Positions 8,825 to 18,973 of a stretch of 64,000 nucleotides of DNA are shown piece by piece. The stretch spans positions 384,037 to 448,036 of the forward strand of contig CAZBLW010000001.1 in the NCBI GenBank assembly GCA_964493305.1. The letters are read 5' to 3'. Source of the stretch: an uncultured Gammaproteobacteria bacterium (lineage in GTDB: Bacteria; Patescibacteriota; Patescibacteriia; S139-126). Numbering within the stretch: the first letter of the stretch is position 1; the number at the start of each line of letters is the position of its first letter. Below the pieces are notes generated by a model, which did not search any database, was not told the origin of the DNA, and was given only the letters and a program-made list of their open reading frames with translations. The position numbers were made by a program, and so were the translations under genes.

Positions 8825-9321
8825 TCAAAAAAGGTTTTACTTTGATTGAAGTTTTAGTAGTCATAGCTATTATCGGAGTTTTGAGTACTCTGACAGTAGT
8901 GGCTGTAAGATCTGCTAGAGAAAAAGCAAAAATTGCTAAAGCCCAACACGATATTGATACTATTTATACCGCTATGTCACAGTTGATGATTGATACTGGT
9001 GAATGGCCCAACCACCAAACTCCTGAAGAAATAAATACCGGTGGTAATAACGAAATTTGGGATTTAACAGCAGCCGTAGCTGGTATTGTAGTCACTGATG
9101 GCGGTTATTTAAAATGGGCCGGACCTTATATGGGCAGTATACCGCTTGATCCTTGGGGTAATAATTATTTTTTTGACACTGACTATTCTTTAAATTCCGA
9201 TGAAAAACCTTGTGCTGGCGGAAGCGGTTGTCACAACGGGGCGGTAGTTGGTTCTTTTGGGCCTGATGGTGTTGGGCAAAATGTCTATAATCAAGATGAT
9301 ATAATTAAAATTCTAAAATAA
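8821..9321 (+). CDS. Type IV pilin / GspG-like prepilin
   Basis: KKGFTLIEVLVVIAIIGVL prepilin motif; DPWGNNY. Confidence 0.9.
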   Translation: MIKKGFTLIEVLVVIAIIGVLSTLTVVAVRSAREKAKIAKAQHDIDTIYTAMSQLMIDTGEWPNHQTPEEINTGGNNEIWDLTAAVAGIVVTDGGYLKWAGPYMGSIPLDPWGNNYFFDTDYSLNSDEKPCAGGSGCHNGAVVGSFGPDGVGQNVYNQDDIIKILK

Positions 9322-9323
9322 AT

Positions 9324-10556
9324 ATGGTTAAAATTAAAAAGATCAAAGCTTTGGAAATTCTTGACTCTAGAGGCAACCCGACGATTGCCACTTTTTTAGA
9401 ATTGAGTTCAGGGGTGAAAGCATCGGCTTTGGTGCCTTCTGGGGCATCAACCGGCCGCCACGAAGCTTATGAATTACGCGATGGTGGTAAGCGTTATCAC
9501 GGTTTAGGTGTAACTAAAGCCATAAAAAATATTACCAAGGAAATTGTTCCGGCTGTTGTTAATAAAAATATTACTGATCCCATTGATCTTGATTATACTT
9601 TATGCTCTTTGGATGGAACTATCAATAAACATCGTTTAGGTGCCAATGCTATTTTGGGAGTATCTTTGGCTTATGCTCGAGCCTGTGCTTACCATTATCG
9701 TTTACCGTTATTTGCCTATTTAAGAAAAATTTATGGTTATAAGTATCACTGGCAAATACCTTATCCGATGATGAATGTATTGAATGGCGGTCGACATGCT
9801 GATAATGGTCTATCAATTCAGGAATTTATGATTGTACCAAAACAGAAGAAATTTGCCGATCGGTTGAGAGCCGGTTCGGAAATTTATCACAGTTTGAAAA
9901 AAATTTTACAAACAAAAAAATTATCTACAGGACTTGGTGATGAAGGAGGATTTGCTCCCAGATTAGCGAGTAATGAACAAGCCTTACAGTTATTGATTCA
10001 AGCAATTAAAAAAGCCAACTATAAGCCTGGTCAGGATGTTTGGTTGGCATTGGATGTTGCCGCTTCTGAATTTTTTAACGGACAGACTTATCAATTTGAA
10101 GATAAATCAATCGTTGCGGATAAATTAATATCAATTTATAAAAAATGGATTGCCAAATATAATTTACTTGGTATTGAAGATGGCTTAGCAGAAGATGATT
10201 GGGGAGGTTGGCAAACACTCACCAAAGCTTTGGGACAAAAAACTTTGTTAGTCGGCGATGATTTATTTGTTACCAATCAATCCAGATTGAAACAAGGAAT
10301 TGAAAAATCAGTGGCCAATGCTATTTTGATTAAATTGAATCAAATTGGTACTTTGACTGAAACCATGCAAACGATTATAGCGGCCCAGAAAAACAATTAT
10401 AAAGTAATTATTTCTCACCGTAGTGGAGAAACACCTGATGACTTTATTGCTGATTTAGCCGTGGCGGTAAGCGCAGATTATATAAAAAGTGGTGCGCCAG
10501 CGAGATCAGAAAGACTGGCAAAATACAATCGTTTATTGAAGATAGAACAACACTAA
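9324..10556 (+). CDS. eno: Enolase
   Basis: DSRGNPT, VPSGASTG, GDEGGFAP, SHRSGET, KYNRLL. Confidence 0.98.
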   Translation: MVKIKKIKALEILDSRGNPTIATFLELSSGVKASALVPSGASTGRHEAYELRDGGKRYHGLGVTKAIKNITKEIVPAVVNKNITDPIDLDYTLCSLDGTINKHRLGANAILGVSLAYARACAYHYRLPLFAYLRKIYGYKYHWQIPYPMMNVLNGGRHADNGLSIQEFMIVPKQKKFADRLRAGSEIYHSLKKILQTKKLSTGLGDEGGFAPRLASNEQALQLLIQAIKKANYKPGQDVWLALDVAASEFFNGQTYQFEDKSIVADKLISIYKKWIAKYNLLGIEDGLAEDDWGGWQTLTKALGQKTLLVGDDLFVTNQSRLKQGIEKSVANAILIKLNQIGTLTETMQTIIAAQKNNYKVIISHRSGETPDDFIADLAVAVSADYIKSGAPARSERLAKYNRLLKIEQH

Positions 10557-10617
10557 TGATTTTTGGCAAAATATGATAAGATAAAAACGAGGTTTTAAAA
10601 CCTTATTTTTACTATTT

Positions 10618-12198
10618 ATGAACAACACTACTACCAACCGAAAACCTAATGTTTTAATTGTGATTGATGGTTTAGGTATAGCCAATGATCAACCTGACAA
10701 CCCTGTGGAAATGGCCAATACCCCCACCTTTAAATTGTTGTGGGAAAAATATTACCACACCTCATTAGCTGCTGCCGGTGAAGACGTTGGCCTAATGCCC
10801 AATCAAGATGGTAACAGCGAAGCTGGTCATATGAATATTGGTGCTGGTAGAGTTGTTGGTCAAGATGTTTCCCTTATTAATCACAGCATAGCTGACGGTA
10901 CTTTTTTTAAAAATTCTGCATTTATCGCAGCTATTTCTCATGTCCAAAAAAACAATAGTAATTTACATCTCATGGGTTTATTGTCAGATCGACACTCGGG
11001 CCATGTTAACCCCAAGCATTTAGAAGCATTACTAACTCTGATACGCCAGCACAATTTAAAAAACAATGTGTATTTACATTTATTTACCGACGGTAGAGAT
11101 ACGCCCAAACACGCCGGACTTGGTTTTTTACGAACTTTGGAAGAACAACTTCAGCCCCATGAACGGATCGCCACTATTATGGGTCGGGTTTTATTGGATC
11201 GCAAAAAAAACTGGCTCAAGACCAAGGTAGCCTATGAAGCTCTGACCATGGGAATCGGTAAAATTGTTTCTAAACCAGAAAAAGCCATTCGCGAAGCTTA
11301 TGCCTGCGGTGAAACTGATGAATTTATCAGTCCGACCATTATCAGTTTGGATAACGATCCCAGTTATGGTCGAATTAATGATAATGATGCGATAATTTTT
11401 TATAATTTACGTTCTGATCGTGCTAGACAATTGACTAAACCTTTTGTTCAAGTAGAATTTGAAACCAAAAATAAAGATTCTTTTACGCGAAAAAAACTCT
11501 TGAAAAATTTGGTTTTTGTGGCCATGACTGATTTTGGACCTGATCTTGATCATGTTTTAACTGCCTATCCGTCAGCTGATATTTCTGGTACCCTGCCTAA
11601 CGCTTTGCGCAATCTAAAACAACTTTATATTGCTGAGGGTGAAAAGTATGCTCATATTACTTATTTTTTCAATGGTGGACACGATCGACCGGTTGCAGGA
11701 GAAGACAGGATTTTTGTACCTTCTCCAAATGTAGATTCCTATGATCAAACCCCGGAAATGTCGGCCAATAAAATTACCGAAATTGTAATTGATAATATTA
11801 AACAAAATCAATATGACTTTTATGCCATCAATTTTGCCAATCCAGATATGATTGGTCATACCGGTAATTTAGGAGCAGCTATCAAAGCTATTGAGTGTGT
11901 TGATAAAAATATTGGTCTTATTTTACAAGAGGTAATAGCGCGTGATGGTCTTTTATTTATTACAGCTGATCACGGCAACGTTGAGGAGATAATAAATGTT
12001 CAAACTGGCGAAATTGATACCGAGCACTCTAGTAACCCCGTACCTTTTTTTATTGCCACCAATCATCAGATTTATCCGACACACAAGTTACCGAACGGGC
12101 GCTTGGCTGATGTAGCACCGACAATTTTGTCAGCTATGAATATACCTAAAACCAGAGAAATGACAGGTAAAAATTTATTAGCACCGTCGAGTATATGA
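10618..12198 (+). CDS. gpmI: 2,3-BPG-independent phosphoglycerate mutase, copy 1
   Basis: IDGLG, GNSEAGH, DGRD, RSDRAR, NPDMIGHTG, TADHGN. Confidence 0.9.
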   Translation: MNNTTTNRKPNVLIVIDGLGIANDQPDNPVEMANTPTFKLLWEKYYHTSLAAAGEDVGLMPNQDGNSEAGHMNIGAGRVVGQDVSLINHSIADGTFFKNSAFIAAISHVQKNNSNLHLMGLLSDRHSGHVNPKHLEALLTLIRQHNLKNNVYLHLFTDGRDTPKHAGLGFLRTLEEQLQPHERIATIMGRVLLDRKKNWLKTKVAYEALTMGIGKIVSKPEKAIREAYACGETDEFISPTIISLDNDPSYGRINDNDAIIFYNLRSDRARQLTKPFVQVEFETKNKDSFTRKKLLKNLVFVAMTDFGPDLDHVLTAYPSADISGTLPNALRNLKQLYIAEGEKYAHITYFFNGGHDRPVAGEDRIFVPSPNVDSYDQTPEMSANKITEIVIDNIKQNQYDFYAINFANPDMIGHTGNLGAAIKAIECVDKNIGLILQEVIARDGLLFITADHGNVEEIINVQTGEIDTEHSSNPVPFFIATNHQIYPTHKLPNGRLADVAPTILSAMNIPKTREMTGKNLLAPSSI

Positions 12199-13766
12199 AA
12201 GCACACACCCCCGTAGTATTAGTAGTACTTGATGGTTGGGGAATAGCCCCACCTTCCATCGGTAATGCCATCACCTTAGCACAAACCCCGAACTACGACA
12301 GTTTTTTATTGAACTATCCTTCTTTTAATATTCAAGCCTCAGGCGAATCAGTAGGTCTACCTTGGGGAGAAATGGGTAATTCGGAAGTAGGTCATTTATC
12401 CTTAGGGTCAGGTAAAATTTTATATCAAAATTTACCTCGTATTACTAGAGCAATTTCCGATGGTAGTTTTGTAACCAATGCAGCTTTTGAGCAAGCCTTT
12501 GAACACGTTAAACAAAACAATTCCAAATTACACATTATCGGTTTGGTTTCTGATGGTGGTGTGCATAGTTATAATGAACATCTATATGCACTTATTGAAA
12601 CCGCCAAATTAAATAAAGTGAAACAACTTTATATTCATGCTTTTTTGGACGGCAGAGATACAGCTAAAAATAGCGGTTTAGGTTATATTGTTGCTTTACA
12701 AAAAGTTTTACATAATGTTGGTTTGGGTAGAATCGCCACAATTTCTGGTAGGTTTTATGCCATGGATCGAGATAATCGTTGGGATAGAATTGCCGCTACT
12801 TATAATGCCATGGTATTGGGTCAAGCCGCGGCAAGTTATCAAGATCCAATAGAAGCAGTTAATCAATCTTATCAGCAAGGTGTATTTGATGAAGAGTTTG
12901 TGCCCACGATAATTTTAGATACACAGAACCAACCAACAGTAGTTGGTGACAATGATGCCATTATTTACTTTAATTTCCGTAGCGACCGAGCTAGGGAACT
13001 AACTAAAGCGTTGGTATTAAGTGATTTTAATGGATTTGCCAGGGAGAAAGTGTGTCAAAATGTATTTTTTGTAACTATGACCGAATATGAAAAAGATTTG
13101 CCAGTAACCATAGCTTTTCCTCCTGAGGTTGTTTCTATGCCCTTGGCTAAGGTGATAGCTGAAAATGGTGGCAAACAGGTTCATATAGCCGAAACTGAAA
13201 AATATGCTCACGTTACTTTTTTCTTCAACGGAGGTATTGAGAAACCATTTACTGGTGAGGAACATATCATGGTGCCGTCTCCTAAAATTTCTAGTTATGA
13301 TAAAAAACCGGAAATGTCTGCTTATGATGCCACCAAAAAATTATTAGCAGCCATCAATCAAGGTGATTATATGTTTTTATTGATCAATTATGCCGCGCCG
13401 GATATGGTGGCTCATACCGGAAATTTAGCAGCCACAATTAAAGGCATTGAAGCGGTTGATGATTGTTTAGGAAAAATCGCTGAAGCCGTATTGGGGCGAG
13501 ATGGAGTTTTGTTAATTACCGCTGATCACGGCAATGCTGAAGAATTAATCAAACTTCGTAGCGGCGAAATCGACAAAGAGCACTCGTCATCACCCGTACC
13601 ATTTTTGATCATTGGTAATCAATGGTTAGGGCAAGGAAGGTTAGCCAATAAGAACGAACTTTATGCTAGCACTCCGGTGGGAGTTTTAGCTGATGTAGCT
13701 CCCACAATTTTAACACTGTTGAATTTACCCATCCCTCCAGAAATGACTGGTAAATCATTATTATAA
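12195..13766 (+). CDS. gpmI: 2,3-BPG-independent phosphoglycerate mutase, copy 2
   Basis: LDGWG, GNSEVGH, SDGGVHS, GRFYAMDRD, ETEKYAHVT, TADHGN. Confidence 0.95.
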   Translation: MKAHTPVVLVVLDGWGIAPPSIGNAITLAQTPNYDSFLLNYPSFNIQASGESVGLPWGEMGNSEVGHLSLGSGKILYQNLPRITRAISDGSFVTNAAFEQAFEHVKQNNSKLHIIGLVSDGGVHSYNEHLYALIETAKLNKVKQLYIHAFLDGRDTAKNSGLGYIVALQKVLHNVGLGRIATISGRFYAMDRDNRWDRIAATYNAMVLGQAAASYQDPIEAVNQSYQQGVFDEEFVPTIILDTQNQPTVVGDNDAIIYFNFRSDRARELTKALVLSDFNGFAREKVCQNVFFVTMTEYEKDLPVTIAFPPEVVSMPLAKVIAENGGKQVHIAETEKYAHVTFFFNGGIEKPFTGEEHIMVPSPKISSYDKKPEMSAYDATKKLLAAINQGDYMFLLINYAAPDMVAHTGNLAATIKGIEAVDDCLGKIAEAVLGRDGVLLITADHGNAEELIKLRSGEIDKEHSSSPVPFLIIGNQWLGQGRLANKNELYASTPVGVLADVAPTILTLLNLPIPPEMTGKSLL

Positions 13767-13795
13767 AAAACACCCAAATTTAATGGGTGTTTTTT
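13765..13795. terminator. Bidirectional intrinsic terminator
   Basis: AAAAAACACCCA-N7-TGGGTGTTTTTT between convergent genes. Confidence 0.8.
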
Positions 13796-13808
13796 GGTGA
13801 GAGTTAAT

Positions 13809-14237
13809 TTATAAAAAATAGTAGAGAAGATAGGTTAGTACTATACCCAGTATTGCTCCTACTAAAACTTGGGCATAAGTATGACCCAGTCTTTCCGGAG
13901 AGTAAGGATAAGAAAATTCTTTTTCATCAGGTAATTCTTTGATTAATCGGTTTAAGATTTTTGCGTGAGCAGATAATTGCATCCTAAATCCTAAAGCATC
14001 TCTGACTACTAAGATAGCCAATATTAGACTGATTAAAAATACCGGTGAAGTAAAACCAGAGTATAATCCTACGGTGGTAGCGGCTGAAGTTACTAAAGCC
14101 GTATGGCCAGAAGGCATCCCGCCATAACTAATAAATACATTCCAATTGAAGTGCCCCTTTTTTAAGTCATAGATTGATTTAAAGATTTGAACTATAACTA
14201 CAACTGCCAAAGGAATAAATAAGATTTTATAAGTCAT
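13809..14237 (-). CDS. Divergent PAP2 family membrane protein (DUF212-like)
   Basis: GGMPSGHTA, RDALGFR, ERLGHT; start at MTYK (14237) preferred. Confidence 0.85.
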   Translation of the reverse strand: MTYKILFIPLAVVVIVQIFKSIYDLKKGHFNWNVFISYGGMPSGHTALVTSAATTVGLYSGFTSPVFLISLILAILVVRDALGFRMQLSAHAKILNRLIKELPDEKEFSYPYSPERLGHTYAQVLVGAILGIVLTYLLYYFL

Positions 14238-14241
14238 AGAT

Positions 14242-14838
14242 TTATTTAGTTGGTTGTCCAAAAATTTGTACTACCAGGTAGGTTGATTTTCCTTGATAGT
14301 AACCTTGTTTAACAGCTAAACCTGTTTCCGTATAATAAGGATTTAAGATATTTTTGCGGTGAGCCTCGGATGCTAACCAAGCATTGACAATTGCTTGGTT
14401 GTCGGTAAAAAAGATTGCTAAATTTTCTCCGACACGTAGATAGTTATAGTCATATTGTTTTATCCAAGTGGAGAAAGGTTCACCATTTTTTCCGCTGTGA
14501 GAAAATAATTGTTCAGTCAACAAATAATCTGCTTTAGCTTGAGCTGCCATTTGCAATTTTTCATTTTCTACCAGTCTGTCTAAATTATATTGTACTCTTG
14601 TCTGATTGACAATATTTAATATTTCCGTAGTCTGCAAGGTTGGGGTAGGGGCAACCAAATTGTTTTGATTAAATATTTGAGCGTTAGCAGGCGCAAAAAA
14701 AAGCACTCCCATCAAGAATGCTTGCAAAATAAATACCAAAGCTACATTGACCGCAAGGTATATTAATAAATATTTTTTTGATGATAAAGAAATCTTATTG
14801 TTCCAGTCAATGGCTGGATTAGCAAAAATTTCCGACAT
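14242..14838 (-). CDS. CAP/SCP domain protein
   Basis: AAQAKA...FSH, GENLA, WLASEAHRKNILNP, VQIFG. Confidence 0.9.
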   Translation of the reverse strand: MSEIFANPAIDWNNKISLSSKKYLLIYLAVNVALVFILQAFLMGVLFFAPANAQIFNQNNLVAPTPTLQTTEILNIVNQTRVQYNLDRLVENEKLQMAAQAKADYLLTEQLFSHSGKNGEPFSTWIKQYDYNYLRVGENLAIFFTDNQAIVNAWLASEAHRKNILNPYYTETGLAVKQGYYQGKSTYLVVQIFGQPTK

Positions 14839-14955
14839 ATTTTTATTTTTATTTTTGGCGGGAATTTACCCCACTATCTATAGTATAGCATATTTTTATA
14901 GAAAAATCAAGAGGTTTTATTTTTATTTATAAATAAAATTTGGTAAAATAAATCC

Positions 14956-15591
14956 ATGTCATATCAATACCAGAATCTAATTGATCAGTTAGAAAAAGAA
15001 CAATATTTACAAACCCCAGAAATTATTGCCGCTTTCAGACAGATTAGGCGTGGTGATTTTGTTATGCGGGGATTAGAAAACGAATCACATTATAATTACC
15101 CATTAATCATCGGTTACGGACAAACTATTTCTCAGCCCGCTACCGTAGCTTTTATGTTGGAATTATTACAACCTAAAGTAGGGGAGAAGATTTTAGATAT
15201 CGGCGCTGGATCTGGTTGGCAGACTGGTTTATTAGCACAGTTGGTGGGGAGAAACGGTCAAGTTATTGGCGTAGAAAGAATTCCTGAATTGGTTGAATTT
15301 GCCAAAAAGAATTTAGCTAAATATGATTTTGCAAATATTGAATTGGTGAGTGTTAATGGTTATGAAGGTTATGTCAATTACGAACCCTATGATGCTATAA
15401 TTGCCGGGGCGGCTGCGCCAAAATTACCCAAAGCGATTTTGAGTCAACTAAAAATTGGCGGGCGGTTGGTTATACCGATTGGTGAGGATAAACAAAGTAT
15501 CTATTACATAAAACGAGAATCAGAAAAAAATTTTAAATATAAAGAGTACCCAGGATTTATTTTTGTCCCCTTGGTACCAGAAATTAAATAA
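14956..15591 (+). CDS. pcm: Protein-L-isoaspartate O-methyltransferase
   Basis: IGYGQTISQP, LDIGAGSGW, GGRLVIP, FVPLV. Confidence 0.95.
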   Translation: MSYQYQNLIDQLEKEQYLQTPEIIAAFRQIRRGDFVMRGLENESHYNYPLIIGYGQTISQPATVAFMLELLQPKVGEKILDIGAGSGWQTGLLAQLVGRNGQVIGVERIPELVEFAKKNLAKYDFANIELVSVNGYEGYVNYEPYDAIIAGAAAPKLPKAILSQLKIGGRLVIPIGEDKQSIYYIKRESEKNFKYKEYPGFIFVPLVPEIK

Positions 15592-15593
15592 CC

Positions 15594-16655
15594 ATGAAGG
15601 CGTTAATTTTAGCCGGTGGTAGTGGCACAAGATTGTGGCCGCTTTCGCGTAATAATAACCCCAAGCAGTTTTTAAAACTCTATCAAGACAAAACTTTATT
15701 GCAGCACACTTATGATAGATTGCGGGGTGTTTTTGCCAATCAGGATATTTGGTTAGCAACTGCAGCTGATCATAAATTACGTTGTCAAAAAGAAGTACCG
15801 GCTATTAAAAATTATTCTTTAGAACCATTTAGTGCCAATACCGCTCCGGCTATTGGTTTAGCTTTATTACATATTTTAAAATCCCAACCAACTAGTATAG
15901 TGGTGACAGTTAATTCTGATCATTATATTGCTAATCGTCAGGAATATTTACGCATTATTAACCAAGCTAAAAAAATAGTTGCTAAACAACCGGATAAAAT
16001 AGTTTTAGTGGGTGTTAAAACACAATATCCAGAAACTGGTTATGGTTATATAAAGTTGGGTAAATTGGCTAGCAAACTAAATGCTGATAAGATTTATCAA
16101 GTAGATAGTTTTGTTGAAAAACCAAATTTGCTGAAGGCTAAGAAATATCACCGGAGTAATAAATACTTATGGAATCCAGCCATCTTTGTTTTTTCCGCCC
16201 AGTTTATGTGGCAGTTATACAGTCAGTATTTACCTGAACATTTTCAAGTTTTACAAAAGATGGCTAAAGTTTACCCTCACCAGCAAAAAATTTTTAAACT
16301 CTATCAACAATTCACTAAAGAATCCATTGACTATGGTATTTTAGAAAAAGCTACTAAACAGCTATTGGTTATTCCCGCGTCTTTTGGTTGGAGTGATATT
16401 GGTAGTTGGCAATCAATTAGTGATTTATTTTCTCAGCAAAACAAAAATCGAGTTAGAGGAAATTTTTTAAGTATTGACAGTCAGAACAACATTGTTTATG
16501 GACCTCCAGATAAATTGGTAACTACTATTGGTATAAAAAACAGTTTGATTATTTATACTACTGATGCCATATTGGTTGCAGACAAATTTCGTTCTCAAGA
16601 CGTAAAAAAAATAGTATCGTTACTAGCAGCCAAAGGTTTAACTAAATTTTTATGA
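15594..16655 (+). CDS. manC: Mannose-1-phosphate guanylyltransferase
   Basis: ILAGGSGTRLWPLSR, PKQF, ETGYGYI, FVEKP, GWSDIGSW. Confidence 0.9.
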   Translation: MKALILAGGSGTRLWPLSRNNNPKQFLKLYQDKTLLQHTYDRLRGVFANQDIWLATAADHKLRCQKEVPAIKNYSLEPFSANTAPAIGLALLHILKSQPTSIVVTVNSDHYIANRQEYLRIINQAKKIVAKQPDKIVLVGVKTQYPETGYGYIKLGKLASKLNADKIYQVDSFVEKPNLLKAKKYHRSNKYLWNPAIFVFSAQFMWQLYSQYLPEHFQVLQKMAKVYPHQQKIFKLYQQFTKESIDYGILEKATKQLLVIPASFGWSDIGSWQSISDLFSQQNKNRVRGNFLSIDSQNNIVYGPPDKLVTTIGIKNSLIIYTTDAILVADKFRSQDVKKIVSLLAAKGLTKFL

Positions 16656-17659
16656 AATTTAAATATTTTATAATTAGTTTTGTCTTCGTTTTGGTTATTG
16701 GTTTATTAGCACTGGGCTTATTTGGTTTTTATTTATTGACTTCTGCTGAAAAAAATAACCAACAAGAATTTGTAATCAATACTGGTGATGGCGTCCATCA
16801 AATAAGTCAAAATTTATACCAGCAAGGTTTAATTAAGAACCAATTTGTATTTGAAACTTATGTTTGGTATAAAAATTTAGAAAAAAAATTTATTGCCGGT
16901 AGTTTTTCTCTTCCCCCTAACACCAATAATATTGATTTAGTAAAAATATTAACTTCACCACAAGCAGTCAATCAGCTAACCTTACGTTTTATTGAAGGTT
17001 GGAACAACGATGATATAGCTGATTATTTATTGAGTAAAGGGATCATCCAATCATCGGCTGAATTTAATGATCTTACCAAAGTTAATTTGTGGCAAAAAAA
17101 TTATGACTTTTTATCAGATTTAGATGCGCAGACAAGTTTGGAGGGTTATTTATTTCCTGATACTTATAATTTTTTTGTAAATGTATCACCCCCAGAAGTT
17201 ATTGAGAAAATGTTAGATAATTTTGCTACCAAGTTTTCTCTAGAGATGAGACAAGCAGCTCAACAACAGGGGAGATCTATTCATGATGTGGTGAAATTGG
17301 CATCACTTTTGGAAAAAGAAGTGAAAACTGAAGCCGATATGAAATTGGTAGCAGATATTTTTTTACGACGTTTAGCTCTAGGTATGTTATTGCAAGCCGA
17401 TAGTACTTTGAATTATGCTACTGGTGGCAAAAATCCAAGTTTAAGCACTAGTGAATTATCTATTGATAGTCCTTATAATTCCTATAAATATTCCGGTTTG
17501 CCACCCACGCCAATTTCTAATCCAGGCCTCAAAGCTTTACAAGCGGCATTGTATCCCACCCCCAATGATTATTTATTTTTTTTAACTTCCCCTGATGGCA
17601 CCGTTTATTATGCTAAAACTTTTGAAGAACATATAAATAATAGGCAGTTTTTGAAGTAA
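16652..17659 (+). CDS. mltG: Endolytic transglycosylase MltG (YceG)
   Basis: LEGYLFPDTY, ASLLEKE, LQAD, SPYNSY, GLPPTPISNPG. Confidence 0.95.
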   Translation: MKFKYFIISFVFVLVIGLLALGLFGFYLLTSAEKNNQQEFVINTGDGVHQISQNLYQQGLIKNQFVFETYVWYKNLEKKFIAGSFSLPPNTNNIDLVKILTSPQAVNQLTLRFIEGWNNDDIADYLLSKGIIQSSAEFNDLTKVNLWQKNYDFLSDLDAQTSLEGYLFPDTYNFFVNVSPPEVIEKMLDNFATKFSLEMRQAAQQQGRSIHDVVKLASLLEKEVKTEADMKLVADIFLRRLALGMLLQADSTLNYATGGKNPSLSTSELSIDSPYNSYKYSGLPPTPISNPGLKALQAALYPTPNDYLFFLTSPDGTVYYAKTFEEHINNRQFLK

Positions 17660-17684
17660 TTTAGTTATATTCTCCTAATTAATC

Positions 17685-17712
17685 ATCCCTTAGTAAAATC
17701 TAGGGGTTTTTT
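17685..17712 (+). terminator. Intrinsic terminator
   Basis: CCCTTAG...CTAGGGG plus T tract. Confidence 0.65.
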
Positions 17713-17787
17713 GTCTTGACAAATTAGATTTAATTATGTTAAGGTAAGCGGAATTGTTTTTTTAAAAATCAAATAAAGAGGTAAAAA

Positions 17788-18936
17788 ATGAAAGTAATTC
17801 AATTTTGTTGGTTGCTCCTTTTTTTGTTGTTTTTGGCTCAGCCAATAATGGCACAACAGGAGATAGAGATTGTAGATAATATTACTTTTAAAAAAGGTAA
17901 AATTGAAAAAGTAGATATTATCTATCGTGATAACAGTTGTATTGATATCTGGTTAAAATATAGTGGTGATTGTGCTGACCAGCTTGATATTTATATTGAT
18001 TCAACTTTTTATGAATCAAAATATATACCCAATGGTTCACACATTGATGAACCCTATATTTTTTCTATAACCGGACTTAAAGGTGATGAATTGATTGATG
18101 TTTTGGTACATTTTATCGATTGTACCGAACCAGCACCAGTTTTACCACCACCAGTGGTACTACAGTCACGCGATCCTTGTGAACCTTGTTTAGTAAATTG
18201 TGATACTAGTGGTATTTATGCTTTTTACGATCAGTTTCATCATGGTTGGTTTAAGGCAACAACTTTACCACTTAATGAAGTTAGGTCAGGTTTTGGTTGG
18301 CGGAATAATTGGTATAAATCCTTATTTATACTAGATACAGATTTAAGAATAGGTATCTTAGATTTTAAATGGATTGAAGATTTTGATGTCAATCAATATT
18401 ATTATGGTGCTTTTTATTCTGGTTTATTTATTAATAGCGGGTTTGATTTAGGTTTTGTAAAAGTTCTGGGTGGAGTCAATTTAGGATTTTCTTACGATTA
18501 TGAAAATTCAGAAGTTGATTATATTTACTACCAATATAAAGCATCAATATTTTTTTGGCGATTGTTTTTATCGGGTGAGCAGGAAAAATACAATTTAATA
18601 GAATTGTACCGTGTTAGACCATCAAATGGTTATTATAATAGAGCTAAATTTCGAGCCGGTTACTTAGATAAAATATCAAATCAATTTACGTTTTCCCTTG
18701 GTTATCAATCCAGTATAAGTAAATATGATGATGAATATTATACCCGTAAACATAATCCCCAGTGGGTTGGTGGATTTATAAATCTAAATTTTTGTCAATT
18801 TCCTTTTGACTTATCTTTAGATGTTTCCTATGAAGCAGGTGATGAAATTGAGTTTTATAAAATAGATCAAATTTTAGTTGATCCACCGATTGATATTTTC
18901 GATGTCAGTATCTCAGTTAAATACTTTTTGTTCTAA
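17788..18936 (+). CDS. Secreted hypothetical protein; C-terminal region resembles a beta-barrel
   Basis: Signal peptide (..AQPIMA|QQ), Cys-rich N-domain, Pro linker, aromatic-rich amphipathic strands, ends SISVKYFLF; TTGACA at 17716 and AAGAGGT SD. Confidence 0.6.
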   Translation: MKVIQFCWLLLFLLFLAQPIMAQQEIEIVDNITFKKGKIEKVDIIYRDNSCIDIWLKYSGDCADQLDIYIDSTFYESKYIPNGSHIDEPYIFSITGLKGDELIDVLVHFIDCTEPAPVLPPPVVLQSRDPCEPCLVNCDTSGIYAFYDQFHHGWFKATTLPLNEVRSGFGWRNNWYKSLFILDTDLRIGILDFKWIEDFDVNQYYYGAFYSGLFINSGFDLGFVKVLGGVNLGFSYDYENSEVDYIYYQYKASIFFWRLFLSGEQEKYNLIELYRVRPSNGYYNRAKFRAGYLDKISNQFTFSLGYQSSISKYDDEYYTRKHNPQWVGGFINLNFCQFPFDLSLDVSYEAGDEIEFYKIDQILVDPPIDIFDVSISVKYFLF

Positions 18937-18973
18937 ATAAATCACATGTTCAACAAAATAAAGGAGTTCAGTA

